Origin: an uncultured Acidobacteriota bacterium
GTDB taxonomy: Bacteria; Acidobacteriota; Terriglobia; UBA7540
DNA: 64,000 nt
Reading direction: 5' to 3'
NCBI GenBank assembly: GCA_963804995.1
Contig: CAWDSK010000006.1
Location: 1,568,001-1,632,000, forward strand
Shown here: positions 18,789 to 30,100 of the stretch, one piece after another
Position numbering within the stretch: position 1 is the stretch's first letter
Layout: the number at the start of each line of letters is the position of its first letter
Notes under the pieces: generated by a model
What the model saw: only the letters and a program-made list of their open reading frames with translations
Told to the model about the DNA's origin: nothing
The model's database searches: none
Program-made: the position numbers and the translations under genes

Positions 18789-19713
18789 AAAGATAAATGA
18801 TCAAAATCACCGATGCCGCCCATATCAGCACGACGGAAAGCAATACTGGGTCTGTAAATAGAGCCCGCGTGGGATTTCCGCCCTCCTCCTGGTTGTGAAC
18901 AAGATGGAGATAGCGGAAGATCCCAAACAGCACAAAGGGGATGGTGATTTCCAGGCGCTTACCCGGAAACTTGGCTTGCACGTCGGGCGACAGCGTGTAG
19001 AGCGCATACGATACGACCGTTGAGGCCGTGACAATGCCAATCAACTGATCCAGGAAGTAGGGGGTATAGGTCGCCAGAATGGCACGATGGTCGGAGGCAC
19101 GATCGCCCAGTAACACCAGTTCATGCCGGCGTTTGCTGAGGGCAATGAACAGCGCCAGCAGAGTCGTGCACACAATCAACCAGGGAGAGATGGCCACGCG
19201 AATAACCAGGCCCCCGGCAATCACTCGAAACAAAAAGCCGGCCGCCACGATGAACACATCCAGAAGCGCAATTCTCTTGAGGAAAGTGGAATAGAGGGCA
19301 TTGATGGCGAGGTAAGCCACCGCCACGGCGAAGAAGCTGTGATTCAGCCGCCAGGCCTCGGCCAGACCGCCGGCTGCCAGTAAGACTCCCACCACGCCTG
19401 CCGTTCTGGCGCTGATGCGGCCTGAGGCAATGGGCCGGAGCTTCTTTGTAGGATGGTGACGGTCCTCGGGGGCGTCGAGAATGTCGTTCAGAACGTAGGC
19501 GGCGCTCGAGATCGCGCAGAAAACCAGCGCGGCCAGCATCACCTGCCGGCAGCGGTCCCAACGCGTAAGGCTTTGCGAAAAAATAAGGGCGGCAAAGATG
19601 AATCCGTTTTTGACCCACTGCTGCGGGCGCAAGGTTTCGATCAGCGCCTTAAGCGTGGCATTCTGGCTGCGGGCCACGGTCTCGGCAGGCAGCGAAGTTG
19701 TGGGTGAATCCAT
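18787..19713 (-). CDS. Decaprenyl-phosphate phosphoribosyltransferase-like UbiA-family protein
   Basis: LRPQQWVKN, YVLNDILD...DRHHPTKKLRPIASG, ALSKRRHEL, FGIFRY and GGNPT motifs. Confidence 0.88.
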   Translation of the reverse strand: MDSPTTSLPAETVARSQNATLKALIETLRPQQWVKNGFIFAALIFSQSLTRWDRCRQVMLAALVFCAISSAAYVLNDILDAPEDRHHPTKKLRPIASGRISARTAGVVGVLLAAGGLAEAWRLNHSFFAVAVAYLAINALYSTFLKRIALLDVFIVAAGFLFRVIAGGLVIRVAISPWLIVCTTLLALFIALSKRRHELVLLGDRASDHRAILATYTPYFLDQLIGIVTASTVVSYALYTLSPDVQAKFPGKRLEITIPFVLFGIFRYLHLVHNQEEGGNPTRALFTDPVLLSVVLIWAASVILIIYL

Positions 19714-19859
19714 CCAGACTCCCCAAGTCACAACTTAGATTGAAGTACAAGCCGGAGCGTCCTCGCGGCCCATGCAAATTCAGGTTAGCTGAACGATGCG
19801 GGATATTCAACGCGAATCGGTTCGCAGATGGATTTCACCACAGAGTTTACGGAGCAATC

Positions 19860-19968
19860 GTAGCGCGGTCCTCCGCCGTTGAGGTCCGCGGCTCTTGATG
19901 CGCATGAACCCCAAATCTCCACGCCCGCAACCGTAGCGCGGTCCTCCGCCGTTGGGGTCCGCGGTTCT
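19860..19968 (+). repeat. Two direct GTAG-type REPs (GTAGCGCGGTCCTCCGCCGTTGRGGTCCGCGG)
   Basis: Copies at 19860 and 19933; same family at ~22018, ~22125 (rc), ~36109 (rc) and ~51753 (rc). Confidence 0.8.
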
Positions 19969-20285
19969 TCCTTTGGCGAGATTTGGGGTGAGACCCGCAA
20001 GCGGGAAATCTGCAAATCCGGCTCAACGAGGGGGAAGGAAATCGGGCCCGGCATCCGGGTCCGCTGCGACTAAAATTTCATAGTCCCACGATTTTTTGTC
20101 AATGTGGGACATGTCCCACTTGTTGCTCTCCGCGGGGCATAGCGAGCGAGGTCCCACTTATTTCCCCAACTCCCTACGTTTTTCACCATGCCTTTTCGTC
20201 AACGGCTCCACCGCGCTGCTACCTGCTTCTCTCAGTGGTCTCTGTGCGCTCTGTGGTGAAGCTCTTCTTGGTTAGCCCAGGACGA

Positions 20286-21953
20286 TCAGGGGATCATCCA
20301 GGTCAGCCAGTAAGCTTGCGCGAAGGCAATCAAGCTGAGCAGAAGTGCCAGCAGCAGGCTGTGGAAGAACGTGGAGCGCAGCACCTCTCCTTCATGCCCC
20401 ACCAAGCCCACGGTGGTCACACCCACTGCAATGTTCTGCGGAGAGATCATCTTTCCGGCTACAGCTCCGGAAGAATTGGTGGCGGCCAACAGGATCGGGT
20501 TCACACCGATCTGGTGAGCCGCGGCCACCTGAAGATTCCCGAAGAGGAGGTTGGCGGAAGTATCGCTGCCGCTCAGGAAGCAGGCAACCCAGCCCAGAAA
20601 TCCGCTAACCAGCGGGAAGAGTCTTCCCAACCCCGCCAAGGACGCGCCCAGGGTGAAGGCCATGCCGGAGTAGTTGTACAAGTAGGCGAGCGCGACGATC
20701 AGCCCCACCGTCAACCCTGGCTTCTGGAGTTGCCGCAGAGTCTTCCACCCTGAATTCACAACGACGCTGAAAGGGGTTCGAAAAAGCAAGGCGGTAAGGA
20801 TCATCGCCGTAAGTGCGCCGGTCCCCGCCGCCAGAAGCTGAAACGAGTAGATGGCGGCGTAGGGCTTCTGGTAAAGCGTGATAAAAATCTCATTGTGCAG
20901 ATGAGGAATCGGAATGGCGGTTTGGGCAACGGAAAAGAGTTTGAAATAACTCCAGACAATCATCACGCCCGCCAGCAGCACCCAGGGCGCCCACGCGGCC
21001 AGCGATTCCCGGCGGGTGAGAAGGCTATCTGAAGCGGGAGCCGGGCTTGCGGACCCCGGCGCCGTGGCGGGTTTCCAGACGTGGAGAAGCCCCACCACGC
21101 AGACGATCGAGGCCATGGCGGCGACGATGTCGGTCGCATACGGCCCCCAGAAATTCGAAGAGGCGTATTGCGCCAAGGCGAAGCTCCCGCCACCCACCAG
21201 CGCGGCAGGCCATGCCCTCTTCAATCCCTGGCGCCCCGCGACGATCCAAACCAGGTACCCTGGCAGGACCAAGGAGATGAACGGAAGTTGCCGCCCCACC
21301 ATGGCGGAGAGCTTCAGGGTGTTGAGGCCCGTCACTCCGGCCAGGGCCACGATGGGAATTCCCAATCCTCCAAAGGCTACCGGCGCAGTGTTGGCGATCA
21401 GGGCAAGGGTCACCGCTTTCCGGGGAGTGAAGCCCAGTCCGAGCAAGAGAAACCCTGCCACGGCCACGGGCGAGCCAAATCCGGCCGTCCCTTCCAGCAA
21501 CGCGCCGAAGCAGAAAGCCACCAGGACGGCCTGGATGCAAGGGTCACCGGAGGCATGTTCGCTCATCCAACGCCGCAGCAAATCGAAGTTGTGGGTATCA
21601 ACCGAAAGATTGTAAAGCCAAAGCGCTGCGAAGACAATCCACAGAATCGGCCAAAGCCCGTAAACAAAGCCAAAGGCTCCGCTCAGACACGCCATCTCGG
21701 CAGGCATGCCCCAAACGAGAATGGCGAGAAGGAAAGCCGTGGCCAGGCCCGCCGCGGCGGACAGAGCTCCGCTTCGGCGCAGGCCGCCCATGAGGACGAG
21801 GACAACCGCCAGGGGAATTGTGGCTAAGAGTGCGGAGAAGGGGAGATTTACGACCGGCGCCAGCGGCTGAGGCCACACGAAAGCGAGACTCGATATCCCC
21901 ACCGGCGAAAGCGCTGAGATCCAAGAGAATTGGAGAGACATGAATGGGTGCAT
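20286..21953 (-). CDS. L-lactate/glycolate permease (LctP family)
   Basis: FGALLEGTAGFGSPVA, LIANTAPVAFG, LSGSDTSANLLFGNLQ and GKMISPQNI motifs. Confidence 0.9.
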   Translation of the reverse strand: MHPFMSLQFSWISALSPVGISSLAFVWPQPLAPVVNLPFSALLATIPLAVVLVLMGGLRRSGALSAAAGLATAFLLAILVWGMPAEMACLSGAFGFVYGLWPILWIVFAALWLYNLSVDTHNFDLLRRWMSEHASGDPCIQAVLVAFCFGALLEGTAGFGSPVAVAGFLLLGLGFTPRKAVTLALIANTAPVAFGGLGIPIVALAGVTGLNTLKLSAMVGRQLPFISLVLPGYLVWIVAGRQGLKRAWPAALVGGGSFALAQYASSNFWGPYATDIVAAMASIVCVVGLLHVWKPATAPGSASPAPASDSLLTRRESLAAWAPWVLLAGVMIVWSYFKLFSVAQTAIPIPHLHNEIFITLYQKPYAAIYSFQLLAAGTGALTAMILTALLFRTPFSVVVNSGWKTLRQLQKPGLTVGLIVALAYLYNYSGMAFTLGASLAGLGRLFPLVSGFLGWVACFLSGSDTSANLLFGNLQVAAAHQIGVNPILLAATNSSGAVAGKMISPQNIAVGVTTVGLVGHEGEVLRSTFFHSLLLALLLSLIAFAQAYWLTWMIP

Positions 21954-22017
21954 ATCCGGTGCATTCCCCTTCCAGCCGCATCAGGACGCGGTCCAATCGG
22001 TAAGCGAACAAGTAAGC

Positions 22018-22155
22018 GTAGCGCGGACCTCCGGTGTTGAGGTCCGCGGTTCTTTTTTCGATTCACGCTACCGAATCCTAGGGCAATTCCCATCGTTGAG
22101 ACCTACGGTTTTTCGCGTGAAGGGCCGCGCACCTCAACCCGGAGGTCCGCGCTAC
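22018..22155. repeat. REPIN (inverted GTAG-REP pair) overlapping the murB 3' end
   Basis: gtagcgcggacctcc...gaggtccgcgg and ccgcgcacctc...gaggtccgcgctac; spacer resembles 36016-36140. Confidence 0.8.
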
Positions 22156-23278
22156 GATCCCCGAACTCGGCAATTTCCTGTTCAGTAAACCCCACCAATT
22201 CCGGTTCAATCGCGAGGGTCATGCCCGTACGCGCGTAAACAGTGTGCCGGACGTGTTTTGCCAGCGCCATCACATCCTGTGCTGTGGCGCCACCTTGATT
22301 GAGCAAAACCAGCGGCTGGTTCGCGTTCACCTCGGCGCCCCCCACAAGCTGCCCCTTGAGGCCGCAAATCTCGATCAAGAACGCGGTGGGAATCTTGATT
22401 CTCGTGGAAGACGCAAATCGTTTCCGGATCTCGTCCAATCGCGCCAGCTCTTGCGCCGAGAAGTTGCGCTGGAGATTCGTGCGCAACCCTGCGAACTCCG
22501 GTTCGGTGAGCGATAGATTCTTGAAGAAGGAGCCTGCATTCCCACCCCGCTCCTCGCGGGGAAAAGGAAATTTCCGGTCGCGAATTGCGATAATAGCACG
22601 CCGGATTTCCAGGAGCGGTGGCTCGCTCGCGCCGCGCTCTGCGAAATAGGCTTTGACGTCAGGGTAATCGAGATGTGGCCGCGTGTGTTTCGCCAGCCGG
22701 AGCGTCAACCGCAAGATAATGAATTTCCCCCGCGCGCCGGTGTTGAAAATACTCCGCCGATAGCCAAAGCCACATCCACTTGCGCTCAAAACCTGCACGC
22801 CACCGGTAGCGATCTCCATCACCGCGACGGACTCCAATACATCGCTGACCTGTTGGCCGTAAGCCCCGATATTTTGAACGAGCGCGGCTCCGGCCTGCCC
22901 GGGGATGTGAGAGAGGTTCTCAACTCCCCGCCAATCACGCTCCACGGCGAAGGCCGCGACCTCATCCCAGGTTTCGGCGGCCTCCACTTCCACGGTGGCG
23001 CTCGTAGCATCCTCGTGCGTAACCCGGATGCCGCGGCCGACGGGATGCACGACCACTCCTTCATAGCCGTGGTCGCTCACCAGGATGTTGCTGCCGCCGC
23101 CGAGGATAAAGAGCGGCAGACTTTTCTGTGTGGCCAGGGCCAGCGCCGCGCGGAAATCCTCCTCGGTTTTTGCGCACACGAAATACCGCGCCGGGCCACC
23201 AATCTTGAAAGTGGTGTAAGGTTTGAGCGGTTCCTGATGCTTGATTACAGGCTCTGCAAAGCCTGGGTCGGGCGACAT
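22103..23278 (-). CDS. murB: UDP-N-acetylmuramate dehydrogenase
   Basis: TTFKIGGPA, LGGGSNIL, IPGQAGAALVQNIGAYG, FGYRRSIF and GNAGSFFKN motifs. Confidence 0.92.
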   Translation of the reverse strand: MSPDPGFAEPVIKHQEPLKPYTTFKIGGPARYFVCAKTEEDFRAALALATQKSLPLFILGGGSNILVSDHGYEGVVVHPVGRGIRVTHEDATSATVEVEAAETWDEVAAFAVERDWRGVENLSHIPGQAGAALVQNIGAYGQQVSDVLESVAVMEIATGGVQVLSASGCGFGYRRSIFNTGARGKFIILRLTLRLAKHTRPHLDYPDVKAYFAERGASEPPLLEIRRAIIAIRDRKFPFPREERGGNAGSFFKNLSLTEPEFAGLRTNLQRNFSAQELARLDEIRKRFASSTRIKIPTAFLIEICGLKGQLVGGAEVNANQPLVLLNQGGATAQDVMALAKHVRHTVYARTGMTLAIEPELVGFTEQEIAEFGDRSADLRVEVRGPSREKP

Positions 23279-23297
23279 AGAGCGTGATTGTAGCAGC

Positions 23298-24890
23298 TTA
23301 CTGGACACGCCGCTCGCGGCCCGCCCAGTATTTTTCACGGAGGATTTTCTTCAGAATTTTCCCGGTCCCGCCCTTGGGCAGGTTCACCATAAACTCCACG
23401 GATTTGGGAACTTTGAATCCCGCCAGATGCTCGCGGCAGTGATCCATGACCTCCGTTTCGGTGGCTTGGCATCCGGGCTTGAGAGTGATGACAGCTTTCG
23501 CTACTTCTCCCCATTTGTCGTCGGGGATGGCGATAACCGCGCACTCCAGAACGGCGGGGTGCTGGTAGAGGATGCGTTCGATTTCGGCGGACGCCACATT
23601 CTCGCCACCGCTCAGAATCATGTCCTTGGAGCGATCGACGATGAGGATGTAGCCCTCCGCATCGATGGTGGCGAGGTCGCCGGTGTGGAACCAGCCGTCG
23701 CGAATGGCCGCAGCCGTGGCTTCGGGCTGTCGCCAGTAGCCTTCCATCACCACGTCGCCGCGCACCACCACTTCGCCCACCTCGCGACCGTCCCAGGCTA
23801 CGTCGTGGCCATCCACATCGAAAACTCGAATTTCACTTCCCGCCAGGGCGTAACCTGCCGTTGCCTTGCGGTAGAGATTCAGGTCTTCGGGATCGCCCGC
23901 CAGGTGCTCCTTGATGCGAGCCATGGAGATGACCGGCGAGGTTTCCGTCAGCCCGTAGCCTGTCATGGCAACGCACCCGGGGATCTTCTTTTCCACTTCG
24001 CGCAAGAGCGTGGTACTGGAGGGCGCGCCGCCCGTCATGAGTTCGCGCACCGAGCTCAGGTCGCATTGGGAAAATCCCGGATGATTCAGCAGCGCGATGA
24101 CCATGGCGGGAACCATGTGCAGGTGCGTGACACGCTCGCGTTCAACCAGAGCCAGAACCGTGGCCGGGTCGAATCTCCTGATCATCACGTGCCGCGCGCC
24201 TTGCAAGGTCATGATGTGCGGGGCGCCCCAACTGTTTACATGGAAGAGCGGCACGGTGTAGAGGTGCACATCGTGGTCAGAGCCCCGCAGCGCCACGGCA
24301 GTGTAAAAGGCGTGCAGGTAAAGGTTGCGGTGCGTCAGCATCACGCCCTTGGGATAGGCGGTCGTGCCGCTGGTGTAGAAGAGTTCGGCGAGGGAGTTCT
24401 CGTCAATCTCGCGGTAATCAAGCTTCGCGGGTTGGGCTTCAGCCAGCAACTCGTCATAGAACCTGGGGTGCGCCCAGGCCGGCTTGGTGTCTCGCAGTGC
24501 GATGTAATGCTCAACGGAATTGACCCGGGGCCGCATCGCTTCCACCAAGGGAATGAATTCGGGATCGAAGCAGAGGACTCGCGGTTGAGCGTCATTCAGG
24601 ATGTAGGTCAGTTCCTCAGGGCTCAGGCGGATATTCATTGCCAGCAGGACGGCGCTGATTTGCGGTACCCCGAAATAGGCTTCCAGCAGCCGATGGCAGT
24701 TGAAGCTGAGGTAGGCGACGCGCTCGCCCTGCTGTATTCCCAAGTGCAAAAGCGCGGCGGAGAGCCGGTCGGCGCGGTTGTCGAACTGGCGATAGGTGAA
24801 GCGCTCTTCACCGCACACCACGCCGATCTTGCGGCCAAAAATCTCCGCCGCGTGCCGCTTCAACCGGACAGGAGTCAGGGGGAGAAGCAT
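23298..24890 (-). CDS. Long-chain fatty acid-CoA ligase (AMP-binding family)
   Basis: YTSGTTAYPKGV, GYGLTET, GWFHTGDLA, DRSKDMILSGGEN and PKGGTGKILK motifs. Confidence 0.92.
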   Translation of the reverse strand: MLLPLTPVRLKRHAAEIFGRKIGVVCGEERFTYRQFDNRADRLSAALLHLGIQQGERVAYLSFNCHRLLEAYFGVPQISAVLLAMNIRLSPEELTYILNDAQPRVLCFDPEFIPLVEAMRPRVNSVEHYIALRDTKPAWAHPRFYDELLAEAQPAKLDYREIDENSLAELFYTSGTTAYPKGVMLTHRNLYLHAFYTAVALRGSDHDVHLYTVPLFHVNSWGAPHIMTLQGARHVMIRRFDPATVLALVERERVTHLHMVPAMVIALLNHPGFSQCDLSSVRELMTGGAPSSTTLLREVEKKIPGCVAMTGYGLTETSPVISMARIKEHLAGDPEDLNLYRKATAGYALAGSEIRVFDVDGHDVAWDGREVGEVVVRGDVVMEGYWRQPEATAAAIRDGWFHTGDLATIDAEGYILIVDRSKDMILSGGENVASAEIERILYQHPAVLECAVIAIPDDKWGEVAKAVITLKPGCQATETEVMDHCREHLAGFKVPKSVEFMVNLPKGGTGKILKKILREKYWAGRERRVQ

Positions 24891-24902
24891 GGGCACCTCA
24901 TT

Positions 24903-25024
24903 TGTGATCGGGTGATCGGGTGATCGGGTGAGCAAAGACCGAAACTTGAGACCCGGATCGCGGATGGCGTCCAGATTCTCAGTTGCTCATGCTATCACCC
25001 CGTCACCCTACCACTCGATCATTC
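24903..25024. repeat. Octamer array (GTGATCGG)x3 with a degenerate inverted partner
   Basis: gtgatcgggtgatcgggtgatcgggtga at ~24904-24931; tcaccccgtcaccctaccactcgatcattca at ~24995-25025. Confidence 0.6.
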
Positions 25025-26837
25025 ACTTCGCCACGCGAGCGATATTGGAGTACGCAGACTCGCCTGCGCCGTTGAGCGTCCGCACCCGGTAACAGAGGGT
25101 CTCACCCGAGTGTGCGGCGGAATCACGATAGGATTTTGCATCGGCGGAAAGTTTCGCAACGCGCTCCCACGCTCCGCGATTGCCCTGGCGGCGTTCGACT
25201 GCGACGCCGGTAGTCCCGCTGCCATGCACTTCCCAGGAAAGCTCCACGGAGCCGCCGGAGGCCCGCGCGCCGAGCGCACTCGGCGCCTCAGGGAGTTGCT
25301 CCCAATCGAAAAAGTTCTCATCCGTGATGGCCATTACGCTGTCGCGGACGGGAAGGCTTTCGAGCGTATCGGTCGTGCCGCTCTTCCAATTAAGCGGTCG
25401 GATTTCACCGGAAACCACGTCAATCAGCACAGGGTGCTTGATCCCGGAATTCTTAAGAGTGAGCGTGGCCGCGAGGGGCGGGAAGACGTTCCCAGGATTG
25501 CTGTGCGCGGCCATCCAGTAAGCGATGATGGCCTTGCCGGAGGTGGTGCGGAAGCCGTGCGCCAGGAAAGACGCGCTCGCCTGGCGGTGCAGGGCGGGAA
25601 TATCGCTCGAATCGATCTCGATCCCCCGGTCAAGCGTGGTGTCAGAGAACAAGGCGTTGGCATTCTGAAAGGCCGAAAGCACCGGCCGCGGCGTGAAATC
25701 ATCGGGCAGATTCCGCAGGCCGTGGACCAGCCCGAAGTCGTCGTACTCATTGCCGTCCGTGCCGGCGGTAAGCAGCCACACAAACGTCTTGACCCCCTCC
25801 GCCCAGTTGTAGAGCAGGCCCCGCACCACGTACTTGGATTGCACGGATTCGTCCATGCCAATCCAGCTCGGAATAGCATTGAATTCATCGTCCCAGAAGG
25901 GAATGTCCTGGCGAATGCCCGGGTAGTGGCGGACCATATCGCGCAGCTTGGACGGTGATTCCAATCCGTACGCCCCGCCGTCCATGGATTCCGGATTCAG
26001 GTTCTGCCCGTAGCCGGGATAGGTGTGGTAGGCGAATACATCAATGCCCGAAGCGCACTGGCAGGCATCGAGAGAGCGCCGCGCGAAGTCGCGGATGGGG
26101 TCAGCCAGGCCTCCATAAATCACCTTCGCTTCCGGATCAGTCTCGTGCACGGCGGGAATGAAAGCTTTCAGCAAGCGCCCGTACTCCTCGGGGTTTCCCC
26201 ACGAATTCCAATAGCCAATGTCCTGCTCGTTCCAGAGCGCGTAATAATGAATGCGCCCGCGGAAGTGTGCCACCGTCCAGCGGACGTAGTTGGAGAAGGC
26301 TTCGATCTGCTCGGGCGTGGTGGGCGGCCAGAAAATCGAATAGAGGCTGCGATCGTTGTTGTGGAAATTGCCCGGCTCCGGCGTGATCTGGTCCGGCCTT
26401 TTTCCCGACGGGGATGTGTACATGGGGTTCCCGTACATGAGTTGGACTTGAACATCGACGCCGTTGTCGACCAGCGAATCCACGTAGTCGTCAGCCTCCG
26501 GCGAAATCGAGTAGACGCCGCGCTTCTGCTCAACCCAGTCCCAACTGGTGGGCTCAGAGCTGTTCTCATACTGACCGATGCGAATCCACTTCACACCCGT
26601 GTCGAACATGCGAGTCCACCACCAGCGATTCCAGGGCAGATAGGGCTCGCGCGGCAGGTTGGAGTTGACGCCGAAGCCGTCATGAATTTGCGACGAGCGT
26701 TTGGGCGGAACATGGTCCGGCAGGCGCCGCTGGCCTTGGGCGAAAGCGGAAGCTCCGGGGAGGGCAAGACAAAAGGCTGCCACGGCTACGGCGAGCCACA
26801 ATCGACGCATTGGAAAGCGGGTATCAGGGACGCGCAT
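25023..26837 (-). CDS. Secreted clan-A glycoside hydrolase (GH39/GH5-like) with C-terminal FN3 domain
   Basis: Signal peptide; WNEQD (acid/base), AYHTYP, FWDDEF (nucleophile); FN3 motif VELSW...YRVRTLNGAGESAYSN. Confidence 0.75.
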   Translation of the reverse strand: MRVPDTRFPMRRLWLAVAVAAFCLALPGASAFAQGQRRLPDHVPPKRSSQIHDGFGVNSNLPREPYLPWNRWWWTRMFDTGVKWIRIGQYENSSEPTSWDWVEQKRGVYSISPEADDYVDSLVDNGVDVQVQLMYGNPMYTSPSGKRPDQITPEPGNFHNNDRSLYSIFWPPTTPEQIEAFSNYVRWTVAHFRGRIHYYALWNEQDIGYWNSWGNPEEYGRLLKAFIPAVHETDPEAKVIYGGLADPIRDFARRSLDACQCASGIDVFAYHTYPGYGQNLNPESMDGGAYGLESPSKLRDMVRHYPGIRQDIPFWDDEFNAIPSWIGMDESVQSKYVVRGLLYNWAEGVKTFVWLLTAGTDGNEYDDFGLVHGLRNLPDDFTPRPVLSAFQNANALFSDTTLDRGIEIDSSDIPALHRQASASFLAHGFRTTSGKAIIAYWMAAHSNPGNVFPPLAATLTLKNSGIKHPVLIDVVSGEIRPLNWKSGTTDTLESLPVRDSVMAITDENFFDWEQLPEAPSALGARASGGSVELSWEVHGSGTTGVAVERRQGNRGAWERVAKLSADAKSYRDSAAHSGETLCYRVRTLNGAGESAYSNIARVAK

Positions 26838-27123
26838 CTGGGTTCTCCTATGAGGGAATTTGTTCGATCAGACATTATGAACCGCGGAATATACCACAGG
26901 AGGGGAGGTAAGAAGGAAGGGTTTACGAACCCCGTGGGTTTGTGCTTGACAAAGCAAGGCCGTGCGCAGAGTATCTGTAGCCGCGGGCGGACTGAAAACT
27001 GGAATTCCGCTCCAACTCACCTGACAACGTAGCCGGTCGTTTGTAATCTTTGCCTCAGGCTCAAGACATCATCATGGCTTCCCGAACTTTGGTACAGCCC
27101 TGTTTCCTGAAAGGAGAAGTGTA

Positions 27124-30100
27124 ATGCTACAGACCCATAAGATAACTTTATTTAAGCTGGCCCTACTCTTCGGATTGATAATTCCGGTTGCCTATGCCGG
27201 AATTACAGCGAGCATTTCAGGCACGGTGACCGACCCCACGGGGGCGGTTATTCCCGGGGCTTCGGTGACTGCCCATAACACCGAAACGGGAATTAACACC
27301 TCGAACTCAGACCAATGCCCAGGGCTTCTATTCTTTTCCCGTCCTCACTGCGGGCAAATATGAAGTACGCATCAAGGCCCCCGGATTCCAGGAATACCGG
27401 GAGACGGGGTTGGTGTTGGATGTCAACACCGCCTTGCGCCTTGATGCCGCGATGAAGGTGGGCGCCGTGACTCAGGAAGTCAGCGTCTCCTCCACCGCCA
27501 TGCACGTTGAAACCAGCAATACCCAGATGGGCGAGGTGATCGGAACCACCAAGATGACCACGCTACCTCTGAATGGCCGCAGCTACACGGACCTGCTCGC
27601 TCTGCAACCCGGCGTGGCTCCTACCTCCAGTGGCGAGGGTGGGGGTCAGCCCGTTTCGGGAAACCTGAACCCGGGCGCGCTTTCGGTAAGTGGACAGGGG
27701 GAATCCGCCAACGGGTTCATGGTCAACGGCGGCAGCGCCGAGGAAAAGCTTTACAATACCAGCGGCATCATTCCCAATCTGGATTCCATCGCGGAGTTTC
27801 GCATTCTGACCAACAATGCGGACGCGGAGTATGGGAACTATTCCGGTGGGTTCATCAACGTACTCACCAAATCAGGCACCAACCAGTTCCATGGAAGCGC
27901 CTTCGAATTCATGCGCAATCCCCATCTCGATGCGCGTTCCTTCTACTCTCCCGAACGCGGCTCCCTGCACCAAAACCAGTTCGGAGGCACGGGAGGCGGG
28001 CCGATCAAGCATGACAAAGTTTTCTTCTTCGCCGACTACCAGGGTACGCGTCTGGTGAATGGCGTGGACACCGGGCTTATCACCGTGCCGTCGGTCGCCG
28101 ACAAGACCGGCAATCTGGCGGACCTGGCGAGTTCACTGAGTCAGACTTGTCTTACGAATGATAATCCTCCCAAAACCATTCCTTGCTACACGGTGAACGG
28201 CGGGGCCTGGGCCAATATCCTGGCGACGAGGCTGGGCTACGGGGTCACGGCCGGCGAGCCCTACTACACAACTGGTTGTACAACCAGCGCCCAATGCGTG
28301 TTTCCCGGAGCAGTTATCCCTCAGTCCGCACTTTCTGCACCCGCCAAGGCACTGACAAAGTACATTCCAGATCCAAACTCGGGTGCGTACTTCACCACCT
28401 CAGCCTATAAGGCAACGTTAGGGGACAACAAAGGCAGCTCGCGGCTCGATGCCAACACCCGCCTGGGCATGATTTCAGGCTACTATTTCATGGACGATTA
28501 CGCGGACATTAATCCTTATGGCGGAGCATCCGTTCCCGGGTTTGACTCCAGTGACCATGGCCGGGCGCAGATGTTCAACTTAGGCATCACCAAATCGTTC
28601 GGCGCGAGCTCCGTTAACGAACTCCGGCTTCACTACATGCGGAGTGTGCGATTTGGCGGCGCCCCGCATGGCGGCCTGGGCGTTTCACTGGCCTCCCAGG
28701 GTTTTACGGGCATCTTCCCGATGAATCCCGCCTTCGAGGGCGTTGAATCCATCGGCTTCAATAACTTCAACATCGGCGCCGCCAATGGCTTCCTGCGAAC
28801 CTACGACAACACTTACCACGTATCGGACAACTTCTCCAAGGTGATTGGAACCCACACGGTGAAATTCGGCGGGTCCTTCAGTTACGACCAGGTCGAATAC
28901 CGATTCGCCCTGAACCTCAATGGATCGTTCGGATTTAATGGCAACGAGACGGGCAGTGATTTTGCCGATTTCCTGATTGGGGCGCCCAACGGTTATTCTC
29001 AGGGCCTCCAATTACCCGTGTATAGTCGTGGCCGGTCTTACGGCCTATATGCCCAGGATAGCTGGCGAGCCACCCAGAACCTTACCGTGAATTACGGATT
29101 GCGCTGGGAAGTCAGCACTCCCTGGTGGGAGGCCCACAACGAATTCGAAGCGCTCGTTCTCGGCTGTCAGTCGAAGACGTTTCCGGGAGCGCCCGTCGGC
29201 TGGTGCTTCCCGGGTGATCCGGGGATTCCCTCCACGCTGGCCCCGACTCGTTATAACAACTTCGCCCCACGCCTGGGTCTAGCCTATTCTCCCCATGTCG
29301 ACGGAGGCTTCCTCCACAAGTTGTTGGGTGGGACGGGCCAGACGAGCATCCGGGCGGGGTTTGGCATCTATTATACGTCTCTTGAAAATCGCATCCTCGA
29401 GCAGGAGAGCGGGGATGCCCCGTACGGGTACTGGTGGTCGAATCCTGCACCCCCCATGTTTGAGACCCCCTTTGTGGATCGTCCCAGTGGGCTGGACAGG
29501 GGCCAGCGCTTCCCCGTGCCCGTACCCCCTCTCACCGTGTCACCCTCTAATCCTGACAACTCCATCAACTGGGCACAGTTCGAGCCCATCACCAGTTCCC
29601 CGGGCTTCTCCCTGACCAACCGGCTTCCCTACGCCGAGCATTACAACCTCTCCCTGCAACGGCAATTCGGACCGGCCACCATACTTTCGGTGAGCTACGT
29701 CGGGACAGAAGGGCACCGGCTTCTCGCTACCATGGAAGCCAATACGGGGAATCCGGCTCTGTGCATGAGCCTAAGCCAGATAAGCCAAGTGACGGATGGG
29801 GTCACCTGCGGCCCTTATGGAGAAAACGGCGTCTACCACCCCATCGGCGGCGGAACCATCACTACCACGCGCGGGCCCTTCAGTGATGCTTTCGGCAGCA
29901 ACGGCTACATGTCGACCATGGCCAACTCCAACTACAATGCGCTGGAGGTCACGCTGCGCCGCACCATGGGCCGAGTGGAATTTCTTACCGGCTACACCTG
30001 GAGCAAGTCGATCGACAACGCTTCCGGCAATGGATTGGGCCAGGGCGACAACATCAACCCCCTCAACCCCAAAATCACCCGGGGGTTGTCCGCCTTCGAT

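Noticed and set aside
23241..24923. 560-aa plus-strand ORF (likewise 16602..17804, 26025..27032, 34186..35421, 47704..48912)
   Set aside because: Antisense shadows of well-supported genes in high-GC DNA, with no recognisable motifs.
26900..27120. Cobalamin or TPP riboswitch upstream of the TonB receptor
   Set aside because: Consensus elements not seen; an Rfam scan would be needed to exclude one.
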